Counted from the first letter of the stretch, positions 26,905-35,629 are shown. The stretch: DNA of 64,000 bases from Candidatus Nomurabacteria bacterium (GCA_040376695.1 JBEIQD010000001.1:80726-144725); one strand, 5' to 3'. Numbers and translations: made by a program. The notes: generated by a model not told the origin, from the letters alone.

Positions 26905-27369
26905 ATGAAGTTTAGTCTTTTGAAACTAAAAAACCTTTACATAAATATTTTATTGGGTGGCTTCTTTGGTTCTCTTTGTGCTACCTTATTACTATCTTTA
27001 GTTAGATTCTTTTTTGGAGGATGGTCTAATCTTTTTGACGGAGTTGTTCCTAAATATGATCTTAGTTATAGCCTTTCTTATCTTGTCGTAGATCTAGGAG
27101 TTTTATTTTATTTACCTATCATCTATTTTTTTACTTTTCTATATAAAATCGTTTTTCGTAGGACTTTCCTAAAAGGAAAAAAAGTAATGATCTCGTCCTT
27201 CTCTTATATTTTATTTCAAACAATCTATATAGATATGTTTGCTAAAATCTCGTCGACTGGACCTGATTACTCTATAAGTACTGTCGATTTTGTTTTAAGA
27301 ATTATTCTTATGTTTATTTATCCAGCTATTTTTTTATATTTAATATCTTCAAAAAAATCTAATATATAA
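26905..27369 (+). CDS. hypothetical membrane protein (extremely AT-rich cargo gene)
   Basis: 154 aa, 4 TM. Stop 5 nt after the previous gene. Confidence 0.4.
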   Translation: MKFSLLKLKNLYINILLGGFFGSLCATLLLSLVRFFFGGWSNLFDGVVPKYDLSYSLSYLVVDLGVLFYLPIIYFFTFLYKIVFRRTFLKGKKVMISSFSYILFQTIYIDMFAKISSTGPDYSISTVDFVLRIILMFIYPAIFLYLISSKKSNI

Positions 27370-27384
27370 GTATTAGCTAAAAAT

Positions 27385-27421
27385 CTCGGCTGGGGCTGTG
27401 GAACGAAGTTGGAATTATTTT
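27385..27421 (+). repeat. R4: ctcggctggggctgtggaacgaagttggaattatttt
   Basis: Direct repeat family member. Confidence 0.6.
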
Positions 27422-27449
27422 AGGTGAAATGGGGTACAATTAACTTATT

Positions 27450-27899
27450 ATGGAAAAAGAAATTAAGTTAAGTGAACATAATCAGAAAACTCTAATGATA
27501 GCAGCTACTCAAGAAATCTTTGAGGCGGCTGATAACACTATTAGAGCTCTTAAAGAAGATAAGATTTCTGAAGAATTATCATACCCTCCTGATAACGGTT
27601 TTAATGATGAGCTAAATACTCAAGAAATCGAAGCGCTCAAAATGTTAAAGGATATTCCTCATTTAGATTCAGCTTTAAAGAAAGTTATCGTAGGATCATC
27701 TGGTTCGGCTTTCTTTCATTTTTTTAATTTCCTAGATGGAACATCAGATCCTGACAAAAATTTTGGAGAGTGGACATGGGCAACCTTAGTTGATCATCCC
27801 CACGGTGAAAATGACCCCTATACCGATATGCTACATGATTCATTCTATGATGCATATCTCGATTGGAAAGAATTGAAAAACTCTCAAGAAACTAATTAG
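27450..27899 (+). CDS. hypothetical acidic cytoplasmic protein (island cargo)
   Basis: 149 aa. No motif recognised. Stop abuts R5. Confidence 0.45.
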   Translation: MEKEIKLSEHNQKTLMIAATQEIFEAADNTIRALKEDKISEELSYPPDNGFNDELNTQEIEALKMLKDIPHLDSALKKVIVGSSGSAFFHFFNFLDGTSDPDKNFGEWTWATLVDHPHGENDPYTDMLHDSFYDAYLDWKELKNSQETN

Positions 27900-27931
27900 C
27901 TGGGGCTGTGGGACGAAGTTAGAACTTTTTT
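27896..27931 (+). repeat. R5: ttagctggggctgtgggacgaagttagaactttttt
   Basis: Sits between convergent genes 27450..27899 and 27934..28377. Confidence 0.6.
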
Positions 27932-27933
27932 AA

Positions 27934-28377
27934 CTATTCCAACTCAACATTCTCAAACGAATGTATAGCCTTTTCTAGCATTTCATACTTGTTGCCCTCA
28001 ATATCAGTTACAGTTGCTTTTGCATAAAAAGTCTTCTCAGCTTCCCAATTTTCAGGATAGAAAGTCCCCGCTGGCAATGTGGGATCATAATTGATCTCGA
28101 TTATCGCTTCAGAAATATAATCTGAAGGGAAGCCGTTTGCCTTCAGTTCATTTTCAATAACATGTTGCACACTTCTTAAATTTGAAAGAATCGGCTTGAT
28201 TGCTAGATGAGGAGGTGTCGCTTCCACCTTCATAACATCTAATTTTGCTTCTCGAAGATCATGTTTTTTCATTACGCTGACCACCCAGTCGTCTACATAC
28301 CCTTTATCCTCATATCGGAGAGTGCTAAATAGACTGTCAATTATATTGTTTGGTATACCGTTAAGTTTTCTAGACAT
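27934..28377 (-). CDS. hypothetical protein (island cargo)
   Basis: 147 aa. No motif recognised. Confidence 0.45.
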   Translation of the reverse strand: MSRKLNGIPNNIIDSLFSTLRYEDKGYVDDWVVSVMKKHDLREAKLDVMKVEATPPHLAIKPILSNLRSVQHVIENELKANGFPSDYISEAIIEINYDPTLPAGTFYPENWEAEKTFYAKATVTDIEGNKYEMLEKAIHSFENVELE

Positions 28378-28407
28378 TTTATTTAGTATATCAACTACAC
28401 TAAAAAC

Positions 28408-28444
28408 TACGAGCTGGGGCTCTGGGACGAAGTTAGAACAATTT
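28408..28444 (+). repeat. R6: ctacgagctggggctctgggacgaagttagaacaatttt
   Basis: Shares cgagctgggg with the tRNA-Gln 3' end plus trailer (29191-29202). Confidence 0.6.
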
Positions 28445-28508
28445 TGAGTATTGACTACATTGGTTTTTCATTGTAGTTTTATAGATATTGTTCGTTTAGG
28501 AGAAAATA

Positions 28509-29126
28509 ATGCACCTGATTACAACGGAAGAGGCTCAGAAACTCGTAGTAAGTCTTAAAGATCGGCTAGGCCGGCCAATTGACCCCGCGATAGCTGAAAT
28601 ACTTGCTGAGTTCATCCGCGTATCCCAAGCACTCGGATTCAAAACAATTGGAAGCTGCGAAGGTCATATTGATTGGGGCCTTCCCTTCCCTTGGATTGAC
28701 TTTGAGGTTAGCGCTGAGCGAGTTCCTCTGCCTTCCCTTTGGAAGCTTTGGAAATTTTCAAAACGGCGGCGTGCCATAAAGGAAAGCAAAAAACATGCTC
28801 AGAACGCGGAAGAAAAAACAGACCAGCTGTGCGCAATGTTGACACGTTTCCTTGTCCAGCACGACAAGGTGCACGGAGTTCAGCCTGAAGCTTTTCTTGT
28901 GATTGACCGTTGGCAACGGTTTCTGTTCAGACTTATGCCGGCACGAACACTGCTTTCTGATAGTTACAAGGTGTCCGGTGACATTTCGGCCCTTAACTCC
29001 TTACTTGAAGAGCAGCGTCGCGTCTTTAAATCTTTTGCCTCTTTTTGCGTCGCCACGCTTGAGCGAGAGCAAAATCTCGCTGGTGTCCCCGACGAAGGAT
29101 GTAAAGGATGCATGGGGCGTGGTTGA
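28509..29126 (+). CDS. hypothetical protein, about 50% GC (distinct from host composition), adjacent to tRNA-Gln
   Basis: 205-aa ORF. C-terminal CKGCMGRG. Followed by a ccgc...gcggttttgttttt terminator (29140-29176). Confidence 0.45.
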   Translation: MHLITTEEAQKLVVSLKDRLGRPIDPAIAEILAEFIRVSQALGFKTIGSCEGHIDWGLPFPWIDFEVSAERVPLPSLWKLWKFSKRRRAIKESKKHAQNAEEKTDQLCAMLTRFLVQHDKVHGVQPEAFLVIDRWQRFLFRLMPARTLLSDSYKVSGDISALNSLLEEQRRVFKSFASFCVATLEREQNLAGVPDEGCKGCMGRG

Positions 29127-29139
29127 GCCTCATCTACAA

Positions 29140-29176
29140 AAGCCGCATGGTTTCGCCCAGCGGTTTTGTTTTTGTA
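29140..29176 (+). terminator. intrinsic terminator of the recurring ccgc...gcgg-ttttgttttt family
   Basis: aagccgcatggtttcgcccagcggttttgttttt. Same module as at 59688 and 61143. Confidence 0.4.
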
Positions 29177-29195
29177 AATTCTCGAGCTGGGGTAC

Positions 29196-29266
29196 AAGGA
29201 CTCGAACCTCGATACTCAGGACCAAAACCTGATGTCCTACCATTAGACGATACCCCAATGTTTATT
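29196..29266 (-). tRNA. tRNA-Gln (anticodon UUG); CCA not encoded
   Basis: Minus-strand sequence: TGGGGTA TC GTC TAATGGTAG GAC A TCAGG TTTTGGT CCTGA GTAT CGAGG TTCGAGT CCTTG TACCCCA G. 7-bp acceptor, perfect 5-bp anticodon stem, 7-nt loop with U33 and A37, T-loop TTCGAGT. Closely resembles E. coli tRNA-Gln ends (TGGGGTA...TACCCCAG). Confidence 0.85.
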
Positions 29267-29622
29267 TTGTTTGTGACCCACGTTTCGTAACTTACTTGTT
29301 CTTTCTTGACCTGAAGTGTCATTTGGTTAGAAACTGTGGTCAGGTCTCTAACTCTTCGCGGCCGAGCCGTCTCGACCCATTTTTATTTTCTTACCCGTCA
29401 CCTTTTATCTGCCCTTAATCGATCTTGATGCTTGAGAGTTATTTGGTTCCTTCGCTTGCTAGCTACGGAACTCTTCGTCGCTCTTCGCTCCTTGACTCAA
29501 TTTCGGTGCTGTAATACTATCATTTTTCTACCGATTTTTCCACACATGGTTTCATTGTAAGCTTTATAGATATAGGGATAACTTGCTAGCCCTCCTGACC
29601 ATGTTCGGTATACTTTAGTTGT

Positions 29623-30012
29623 ATGGAAACAACAATTTTACTTTCAAAGGTTCTTGGGCTTTATTTAATAATATCGGGTCTTATCGTTATGCTTCGTAAG
29701 GAGTATTTTCTCCCAGTGTTTTCTGTTTTCGTAAAGGAAAAAATGACGAGAATTATTCTTGCGTTTATTGAGCTTCTCGCTGGATTGTTCCTTGTGGTCG
29801 CGCATTTTAACTTCTCAAACCTCCCTGCTTCGATTATTTCAATTCTTGGAGTAACGGCGGTGTTTGAAAGTATTATGTACTCAGTACTTCCAGATAGATC
29901 ATTTACAAAGATGCTTGCGTACGTAAATCGTCCAGGTGTCTATGTCCTTGGAGGTGTGTTTTCAATTGCTATAGGATTGTATTTGGCAGCCTATGGTTTT
30001 GGAATTATTTAG
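29623..30012 (+). CDS. hypothetical membrane protein
   Basis: 129 aa, 4 TM. Promoter-like TTGACT-17-TACTAT at about 29492-29520. Confidence 0.45.
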   Translation: METTILLSKVLGLYLIISGLIVMLRKEYFLPVFSVFVKEKMTRIILAFIELLAGLFLVVAHFNFSNLPASIISILGVTAVFESIMYSVLPDRSFTKMLAYVNRPGVYVLGGVFSIAIGLYLAAYGFGII

Positions 30013-30026
30013 TAACCTATAAGCAA

Positions 30027-30059
30027 AATAAAACCACCCGTTTGGGTGGTTTTATTTTT
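30027..30059. terminator. bidirectional intrinsic terminator aaaaccacccgtttgggtggttttatttt
   Basis: Identical module recurs at 34055-34088. Confidence 0.65.
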
Positions 30060-30068
30060 ATCTAACTA

Positions 30069-31745
30069 TTAGTTACTGTAATCATACATGTTTTCAAATT
30101 TTGACGAAGGGTCAATATTTTTTATGATCGTTGGCATACCCATATATTCAATGTGGCTCGCATTCAGCGCTGTAGCATTTAGTGTCCCAGTTACGTATAT
30201 AGAAACATGAGAACCATTCGTTGCTTTGATTACTGCGTTTGCTACTTCGGTTTTATCAGCGTCAAAACGAGATGAATTTCCGTTCGTGGTCGTGAGATTC
30301 TTTATGGTTCCACTTAGGTACGCACGAGATGAATCCTCAAGGGTTGCTGTGAGCGTTGTAGCCTTTATATTCATTTCAACGGAACTAGAATTATCTAGAG
30401 CAACAGCCAGTGAGGCAACTTCGATATCACCCGTTACTCTAGAAGAATCTGTGAGAGTAATAGAAGAGAGAGTTGGTACAGTAAGTACAATGTTTGCATA
30501 TCCGTGATCACAGAGGATACAAGAAGCAGGTTCTTCACTTTCTATTTCTCCAAGAGTAAGTGTTCCGTCTTCTTGTGCGTAGGTTACTTTTGTAATATCT
30601 TCAGCGCGTCCTTTTATTTCAAGACTATAGGTGTCTCCTTGTACGATTCGTACTGTTTGATCATTAGTAACCACTAGTTTAGTAAAAGATTCCAGTGGAA
30701 TTACCTGTGATTGAGTTTTGTAGTACGGGTCTGTGCGAACAGTATTTGCTACGTTCATCCCTACTTTAGTTCCACTTACCCCTGCAGCGACAATTGCCAC
30801 AAACCATACGCTTAAAAGTATAAGTATTGCTGTTTTTGATAATCCATTTTTCTTACGGATAAGAAACATACCCAAAGATCCGATAAATATCAATGGAATA
30901 AGGGCTACAAGGTAAAGGGACACAGCTAATATTTTTGCAGCACCACTCATCGCAATTGTCATAAACGGGGCTTCAACTAAATCTGGAGGAAGCACAAAGA
31001 GAGCTAGCATGAGTCCAACACTAGCAAGAGCCGCAAAGAATACTCCTTCGAAAAGAAATACAGCACCTATAACTACACGAATTGCTGGGAAAATAGTTGT
31101 TTTTATCCAGTATGCAACGGAACGCAATGCTTCAAATGGTAGATTTATTGCTTTCATAAAGTTGTTTTTATGCTCAGGTGTATTCACTTCTTCTATTTTG
31201 TCTCTCATCATTTCTGCCATGGCGGCCACAGTCACAGGGCTTCCTTTCATAGAGAGTTTTTGTGACGTTGTTCGTGCTTCAGGTACCACTATCCAAAGAA
31301 TGATGTAGGCAATAACACCTGTTCCACCCAAGAACACAGAAACCAGGAAAATGGCACGGAAGATAATTGGATCAACTCCGAAGAAGTGTCCAAGTCCTGA
31401 AGAAACTCCACCTATGATGGCATTCTCTGGGTCACGATAGAGTTGTTTAATTGTTTGTGAAGATTCTTTTGTGGATTGTTCGTTTTCTTCTTGTCCATCA
31501 AATTGTTCAACAGTGCCCATAATCTCCATTACCATCTCTACATCTTTTTGAGTGATTACTTTGTTTCCTTTTTCTGTAAATTTTTCTGCAATACGAGCTT
31601 CAATATCTTCAAGAATTTCATCCTTATTAACATCATCTTTAAAGTGGAGCTTAATTTGAGCAAGATAGTGTTCAAGTTTTTCAAAAGCATCTTCTTCTAC
31701 ATGAAAGAGTGCGTTTCCTATGCTGAGATTATATGTCTTTTTCAT
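30069..31745 (-). CDS. HAAS-domain (DUF1700-like) / PspC-domain membrane sensor protein with C-terminal beta-rich (DUF4097-like) domain
   Basis: N-terminus LFHVEEDAFEKLEHYLAQIKLHF...ILEDIEARIAEKF...MGTVEQF (HAAS-type helical domain). IIGGVSSGLGHFFGVDPIIFRAIFLVSVFLGGTGVIAYIILWIVVPEA (PspC domain). Multiple TM segments, then a Thr/Ser-rich beta-strand C-terminus. Confidence 0.7.
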   Translation of the reverse strand: MKKTYNLSIGNALFHVEEDAFEKLEHYLAQIKLHFKDDVNKDEILEDIEARIAEKFTEKGNKVITQKDVEMVMEIMGTVEQFDGQEENEQSTKESSQTIKQLYRDPENAIIGGVSSGLGHFFGVDPIIFRAIFLVSVFLGGTGVIAYIILWIVVPEARTTSQKLSMKGSPVTVAAMAEMMRDKIEEVNTPEHKNNFMKAINLPFEALRSVAYWIKTTIFPAIRVVIGAVFLFEGVFFAALASVGLMLALFVLPPDLVEAPFMTIAMSGAAKILAVSLYLVALIPLIFIGSLGMFLIRKKNGLSKTAILILLSVWFVAIVAAGVSGTKVGMNVANTVRTDPYYKTQSQVIPLESFTKLVVTNDQTVRIVQGDTYSLEIKGRAEDITKVTYAQEDGTLTLGEIESEEPASCILCDHGYANIVLTVPTLSSITLTDSSRVTGDIEVASLAVALDNSSSVEMNIKATTLTATLEDSSRAYLSGTIKNLTTTNGNSSRFDADKTEVANAVIKATNGSHVSIYVTGTLNATALNASHIEYMGMPTIIKNIDPSSKFENMYDYSN

Positions 31746-31751
31746 AATGGA

Positions 31752-32084
31752 TTATTTAATAAGTGAATTAATTGATTGAATAAGTTCTTTCCAGATTTTT
31801 TTGAGATTTTCTAATGTTTTTTTGCCTTCATCGGTGAGTTCATAGTATTTTCGTGGCGGACCTGATTTTGATTCCTCCCAGCTGTATTCAAGGAGTCCTT
31901 GTGACTTCAGTCGAGAGAGTAATGGATATAATGTTCCTTCTACTATGAGTAAATCTGCTAATTTGAGTTGAGTAATGATTTTTGAAGCGTACGCTTTGTC
32001 TTTTTCAATAATGAGAAGCGTGCAGAATTCGAGCATTCCTTTTCTCATTTGGTTCTTATGGGATTCTTGTAATTCTTCTTTCAT
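31752..32084 (-). CDS. PadR-family transcriptional regulator
   Basis: MLEFCTLLIIEKDKAYASKII...EGTLYPLLSRLKSQGLLEYSWEE...RKYYELTDEGKK: PadR winged-helix signature. Confidence 0.85.
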   Translation of the reverse strand: MKEELQESHKNQMRKGMLEFCTLLIIEKDKAYASKIITQLKLADLLIVEGTLYPLLSRLKSQGLLEYSWEESKSGPPRKYYELTDEGKKTLENLKKIWKELIQSINSLIK

Positions 32085-32443
32085 GGTTAAAGTATTACAT
32101 ACGGTACTATGTCTTGCAAGGTACTATGTATATAAGTTATCCACAGGTATTCTATTTTATCAAAATGTATGTGTAAGATTATATAAAGAGTGTCGTCTCT
32201 ATATACAGACTGTACATCGAAGACAGAAATCCCATCATCAGCGCCATCTGATTGCGTTGTGTCTAGTAATAGATATATGGTCTCTTGGTTTCAGTTGATG
32301 CTGGGGTCTCTGTCTTCAAACAAAATAATAAAGCGATATAGGGATAAAGAGACGCCTGCTGGGTGTCTCTTTATTTTTTTAACAACTCCTCTTCTGTGAG
32401 TTATCTACTTGCGGATAACAGAACATAGTACATACTTATATAT

Positions 32444-32932
32444 ATGAGAAATCTTTATATCGCCGCCTTCGTTGGCCTTGTTATCATTGCAAGTAGTATT
32501 GTCTACGCCAACAAAAATACAACCCCTGTTTCTGTGGAAGAAAAACCTGAAGTAACTGAAGAAGTTATTCCAATTGGAACAATGCCCGCCAACCTCCCTC
32601 TTATTGGAACTGAATGGGTATGGCTTCACACAGAACTTCCGAATGACAAAATGGTTTCAACTCCAGAACGAGAAAAGTATGTACTCACACTTGATGCGAC
32701 AAAAAGAGTAATGAGTACCACAGACTGTAATACCTTTATCGGTAAGTATGAAATTAATGGAGAAGTGCTCTCATTTGGCCCGTTTACTTCTACAAAGAAA
32801 GCCTGTTCAGGTTCGATAGAATCTATTTATGCTAAAGATCTAATGTTAACAACTTCTTATCAGATTGTAGGAGAGCGTATGTATATCAATCTTAATCGTG
32901 ATGCTGGAAGAATGGTTTTTGAAAAGAAATAA
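32444..32932 (+). CDS. META/HslJ-domain (DUF306) secreted protein
   Basis: Signal peptide. CNTFIGKYEINGEVLSFGPFTSTKKAC...: META-domain Cys pair pattern. Confidence 0.65.
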   Translation: MRNLYIAAFVGLVIIASSIVYANKNTTPVSVEEKPEVTEEVIPIGTMPANLPLIGTEWVWLHTELPNDKMVSTPEREKYVLTLDATKRVMSTTDCNTFIGKYEINGEVLSFGPFTSTKKACSGSIESIYAKDLMLTTSYQIVGERMYINLNRDAGRMVFEKK

Positions 32933-32956
32933 ATCTCAATTCATTTAATAAAGATT

Positions 32957-32989
32957 TAAAAAAGACCCTGTAATAAAAGGGTCTTTTTT
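32957..32989 (+). terminator. intrinsic terminator aaagaccct-gtaataaa-agggtcttttttaa
   Basis: 9-bp stem plus T6. Confidence 0.6.
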
Positions 32990-33083
32990 AATGAAAGAAA
33001 ACACCTTCTGCCACGTCATAGTATGCAGACAGCAACGCAATAACTCTCAGTTGTCTGTATTACTATAAAATATTTACACTACT

Positions 33084-33236
33084 ATGCTTACAACTATAGC
33101 AACAATACTCGTTATCCTTTGGTTACTTGGATTCCTAGGCTTCCATGTACTCGGAAGTTTTATTCACGTGCTTTTGGTGATAGCAATTATCATCTTCCTT
33201 ATCCGTATTATCCAAGGAAGAAACCCAATCTCGTAA
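33084..33236 (+). CDS. lmo0937-family small membrane protein (50 aa)
   Basis: MLTTIATILVILWLLGFLGFHVLGSFIHVLLVIAIIIFLIRIIQGRNPIS: characteristic WLLGFLG...LLVIA pattern. Below the ORF-track threshold. Confidence 0.5.
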   Translation: MLTTIATILVILWLLGFLGFHVLGSFIHVLLVIAIIIFLIRIIQGRNPIS

Positions 33237-33297
33237 TATACTAATACTTGGAATCTACCAAGAAACTATTTATTAGATATTTATAATTTATAACAAT

Positions 33298-34032
33298 ATG
33301 AAAAGATCTACTATGATTATTTCGGCTATTGTTGCAGTGATTGTCATCGGCTTAATTGCTTGGACATTTACTCGTGATGCCGACGTTGTTGTGCCTATTG
33401 AAAATGGTACAGCAACAACAACTCCGACTGAAGGAGGAAACACTACAGGTGGAAATACTTCTACAGGTGGTACAGCAAACTCAACATCAGGACTTGGCGA
33501 GACATATGCAAATGCAACTCATGGATTTACTATTAGTTACCCACGAGAACTTACTACTGAGAACTTCGGAGTATTCCATGCACTCAATAACAATGACTGG
33601 CGTATTGGTGCAACAGCCGCAAAGCGCGGAACTCCTGTTATAGCAATCCCTGTTATTAAAATTGATAACACAGGATCTACAAAGAAGAACTACCCCCTCT
33701 TTTTCGCAGCTGAAGTTCGTGTCGGTGTAAGTACTGACGTAGCTCAGTGTTATGCAAAAGACGACGGATACACATCTCAGACAGTTACAGACGTAACAAT
33801 CAACGGTGTGGCGTTCAAGAAGTTTGTTTTCGCAGATGCAGCTATGCAACAGTACCTAAACGGTGCTAGTTACCGAACAATCAGAAACAATAAGTGTTAT
33901 GTTATCGAACAGATTCGAAATGGATCAAGTTACCGAGACGAAACGCTTGTTGGAGGTTACACTGATGTTGATCTAGATACTTTCTACGCACGAACGACAC
34001 CAATTGTGATGTCATTCAAGTTTAGTAAGTAA
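33298..34032 (+). CDS. hypothetical secreted protein
   Basis: Signal anchor, Thr/Gly-rich linker, 244 aa. Confidence 0.45.
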   Translation: MKRSTMIISAIVAVIVIGLIAWTFTRDADVVVPIENGTATTTPTEGGNTTGGNTSTGGTANSTSGLGETYANATHGFTISYPRELTTENFGVFHALNNNDWRIGATAAKRGTPVIAIPVIKIDNTGSTKKNYPLFFAAEVRVGVSTDVAQCYAKDDGYTSQTVTDVTINGVAFKKFVFADAAMQQYLNGASYRTIRNNKCYVIEQIRNGSSYRDETLVGGYTDVDLDTFYARTTPIVMSFKFSK

Positions 34033-34054
34033 TTTCTTCACTACTCAGATAAAA

Positions 34055-34088
34055 TAAAACCACCCGTTTGGGTGGTTTTATTTTATCT
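34055..34088. terminator. bidirectional intrinsic terminator, identical to the 30027-30059 module
   Basis: aaaaccacccgtttgggtggttttattttatc. Confidence 0.65.
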
Positions 34089-34090
34089 TT

Positions 34091-35164
34091 CTATAGCTGC
34101 TTTTCTTTCACTTCTACGCTTTTACCTGTTTCAATGTAGAATCGTATACGTCCAACGATACGATTATCATCTACCTTTACGGTAATTCTCCACATGCCAG
34201 GTGTTACATTTTCTTTTTGTGAGTAAGCTCTGTAGCCATTATCTCGCCCTCCCGTTAGATCAAATGAGATTGTTGTTGAAGGTATCCATTTCTCTGTAGT
34301 TTTATCATAATATTCCCATACGTGAGTAATTGGTGCAGAAAGCTTTGCAGGGGCGCCCACCGAACTAAAGAAATAGACGCCAGCATCAGCATCGGTCATA
34401 TGATACACAGGGCGCCGATATTTGCCCAAAAAACGCGTATCAGTCTCAACTAGTCCAATATATTCCCCCGTTTCGGTGCGCGTTACTTTGTGATAGATAC
34501 CACTGTCTTTTAAAGAAAGAGGGACAGCTGGGATTACATTTAGTATGTAGAGCATTCCCACAAACATAGGAATTCCTATCGCAAGAGCAAAGCCTCTTCC
34601 ACGCTCATCTTCTGCAACTTCAGAGGTTTTACGGAGTAATGTTATGAAGAGAAAACCGACAACGGTAGCAATTGCAATTGCTATGAGGAAGACAACATCA
34701 TTTACTTTATTGAAAACGATAGGAACATTGAAAATTGAATAGAACACAAGTGCAATGAAGAAGACGGCAATGTCTAAAGTAAATCGATACTGGTGAGTTG
34801 AAATAAATTCATTCGCCACCATACACAATAAAAGAATAACGAAGAGTGGCCAAGAAACGATAAAAGCTGCACTTCTCATTGCATATACGAACACAAAGGA
34901 AAGCGCTGAACCTGAGAAAAAGGAAACACCGAATGTGAGAAGTGAAAATAATCGCTGCTCAGCAGTACTTGCTGTATTTCTAGATACAACCCATTCACGG
35001 AATAAAATAATCGCAGCTAAAATAAGAAGGTATGAAAGGCCTAGATACTTTGTCATTGGATTATCAACATCCGGGAGAAGGAAAGCATCCGTGATAAACC
35101 CAGCAAGAAAAACAATAGTACTTGCATGTTTCCACCCTTGAGAAAGAATAGCTTGTAGTGCCAT
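34091..35164 (-). CDS. polytopic membrane protein with C-terminal DUF2914-like beta domain (hypothetical)
   Basis: About 8 TM helices, then ...YRRPVYHMTDADAGVYFFSS...WRITVKVDDNRIVGRIRFYIE. Start set at internal M (MALQAILS) to avoid overlap with the divergent cyt-b5 gene. Confidence 0.45.
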   Translation of the reverse strand: MALQAILSQGWKHASTIVFLAGFITDAFLLPDVDNPMTKYLGLSYLLILAAIILFREWVVSRNTASTAEQRLFSLLTFGVSFFSGSALSFVFVYAMRSAAFIVSWPLFVILLLCMVANEFISTHQYRFTLDIAVFFIALVFYSIFNVPIVFNKVNDVVFLIAIAIATVVGFLFITLLRKTSEVAEDERGRGFALAIGIPMFVGMLYILNVIPAVPLSLKDSGIYHKVTRTETGEYIGLVETDTRFLGKYRRPVYHMTDADAGVYFFSSVGAPAKLSAPITHVWEYYDKTTEKWIPSTTISFDLTGGRDNGYRAYSQKENVTPGMWRITVKVDDNRIVGRIRFYIETGKSVEVKEKQL

Positions 35165-35215
35165 GATGTTAGCAGTGTAACATTTAGGTGCTCTATCTTG
35201 TATACTAAAGCACAT

Positions 35216-35620
35216 ATGAAAAAAACATCTATTATAGTACTTTCGTTACTCGGGCTTATTGTTATTGGTGGAATTGTGTGGGCTTATTCAAATTACAAAG
35301 CTTACGCCCCAACTACATACATAGTAGAGACTGAAACTGGAACAACAACTATTGATACGACAACTAAGACTGAAACCCCTGGATCTCCGACATACACCAT
35401 GACAGATGTGGCTGCGCATAACAATGCAACAAGTTGCTACACGGTGATAAGTGGCAAGGTATACGATCTTACTATGTGGGTTGCTATGCACCCTGGAGGA
35501 AAGACTGCAATTCTTTCATTGTGTGGAGTGGATGGTACAGAAAGATTTAACAAAAAGCACGGATCGGATTCAAAACCAAATACTACACTTACTCGTTTTA
35601 AGATTGGCGTACTCAACTAA
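35216..35620 (+). CDS. membrane-anchored cytochrome b5-like heme-binding domain protein
   Basis: YTMTDVAAHNNATSCYTVISGKVYDLTMWVAMHPGGKTAILSLCG: cyt-b5 fold with HPGG heme-ligand motif. N-terminal TM. Confidence 0.7.
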   Translation: MKKTSIIVLSLLGLIVIGGIVWAYSNYKAYAPTTYIVETETGTTTIDTTTKTETPGSPTYTMTDVAAHNNATSCYTVISGKVYDLTMWVAMHPGGKTAILSLCGVDGTERFNKKHGSDSKPNTTLTRFKIGVLN

Positions 35621-35629
35621 TTCATTTTT

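Larger units (their letters stand above)
25437..29266 (-). mobile_element. putative tRNA-Gln-anchored genomic island or serial-integration scar (about 3.8 kb). No integrase in the window.
   Basis: tRNA-Gln is on the minus strand, so the island lies on its 3' side. It carries six direct repeats resembling the tRNA 3' acceptor strand plus trailer, and cargo ORFs ranging from under 30% to about 50% GC. Confidence 0.4.

Noticed and set aside
25437-28444. Direct repeats R1-R6 as a CRISPR array
   Set aside because: Spacing is irregular (about 200-900 bp). Intervening segments contain ORFs. Repeats are imperfect and lack CRISPR-type palindromic structure. No cas genes are present.
25437-28444. Repeats as sigma54 (-24/-12) or ECF promoters
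   Set aside because: Only R1 has TGGCAC. The others read TGGGAC or TGGAAC, and none has a TTGC -12 element at the right spacing. Better sigma70-like hexamers are found downstream of, not within, the repeats.
25437-28444. Repeats as intrinsic terminators
   Set aside because: Each ends in a T-run, but the preceding sequence forms at best a 5-bp stem with a 2-nt loop (AAGTT-GG-AACTT). That is not a viable hairpin.
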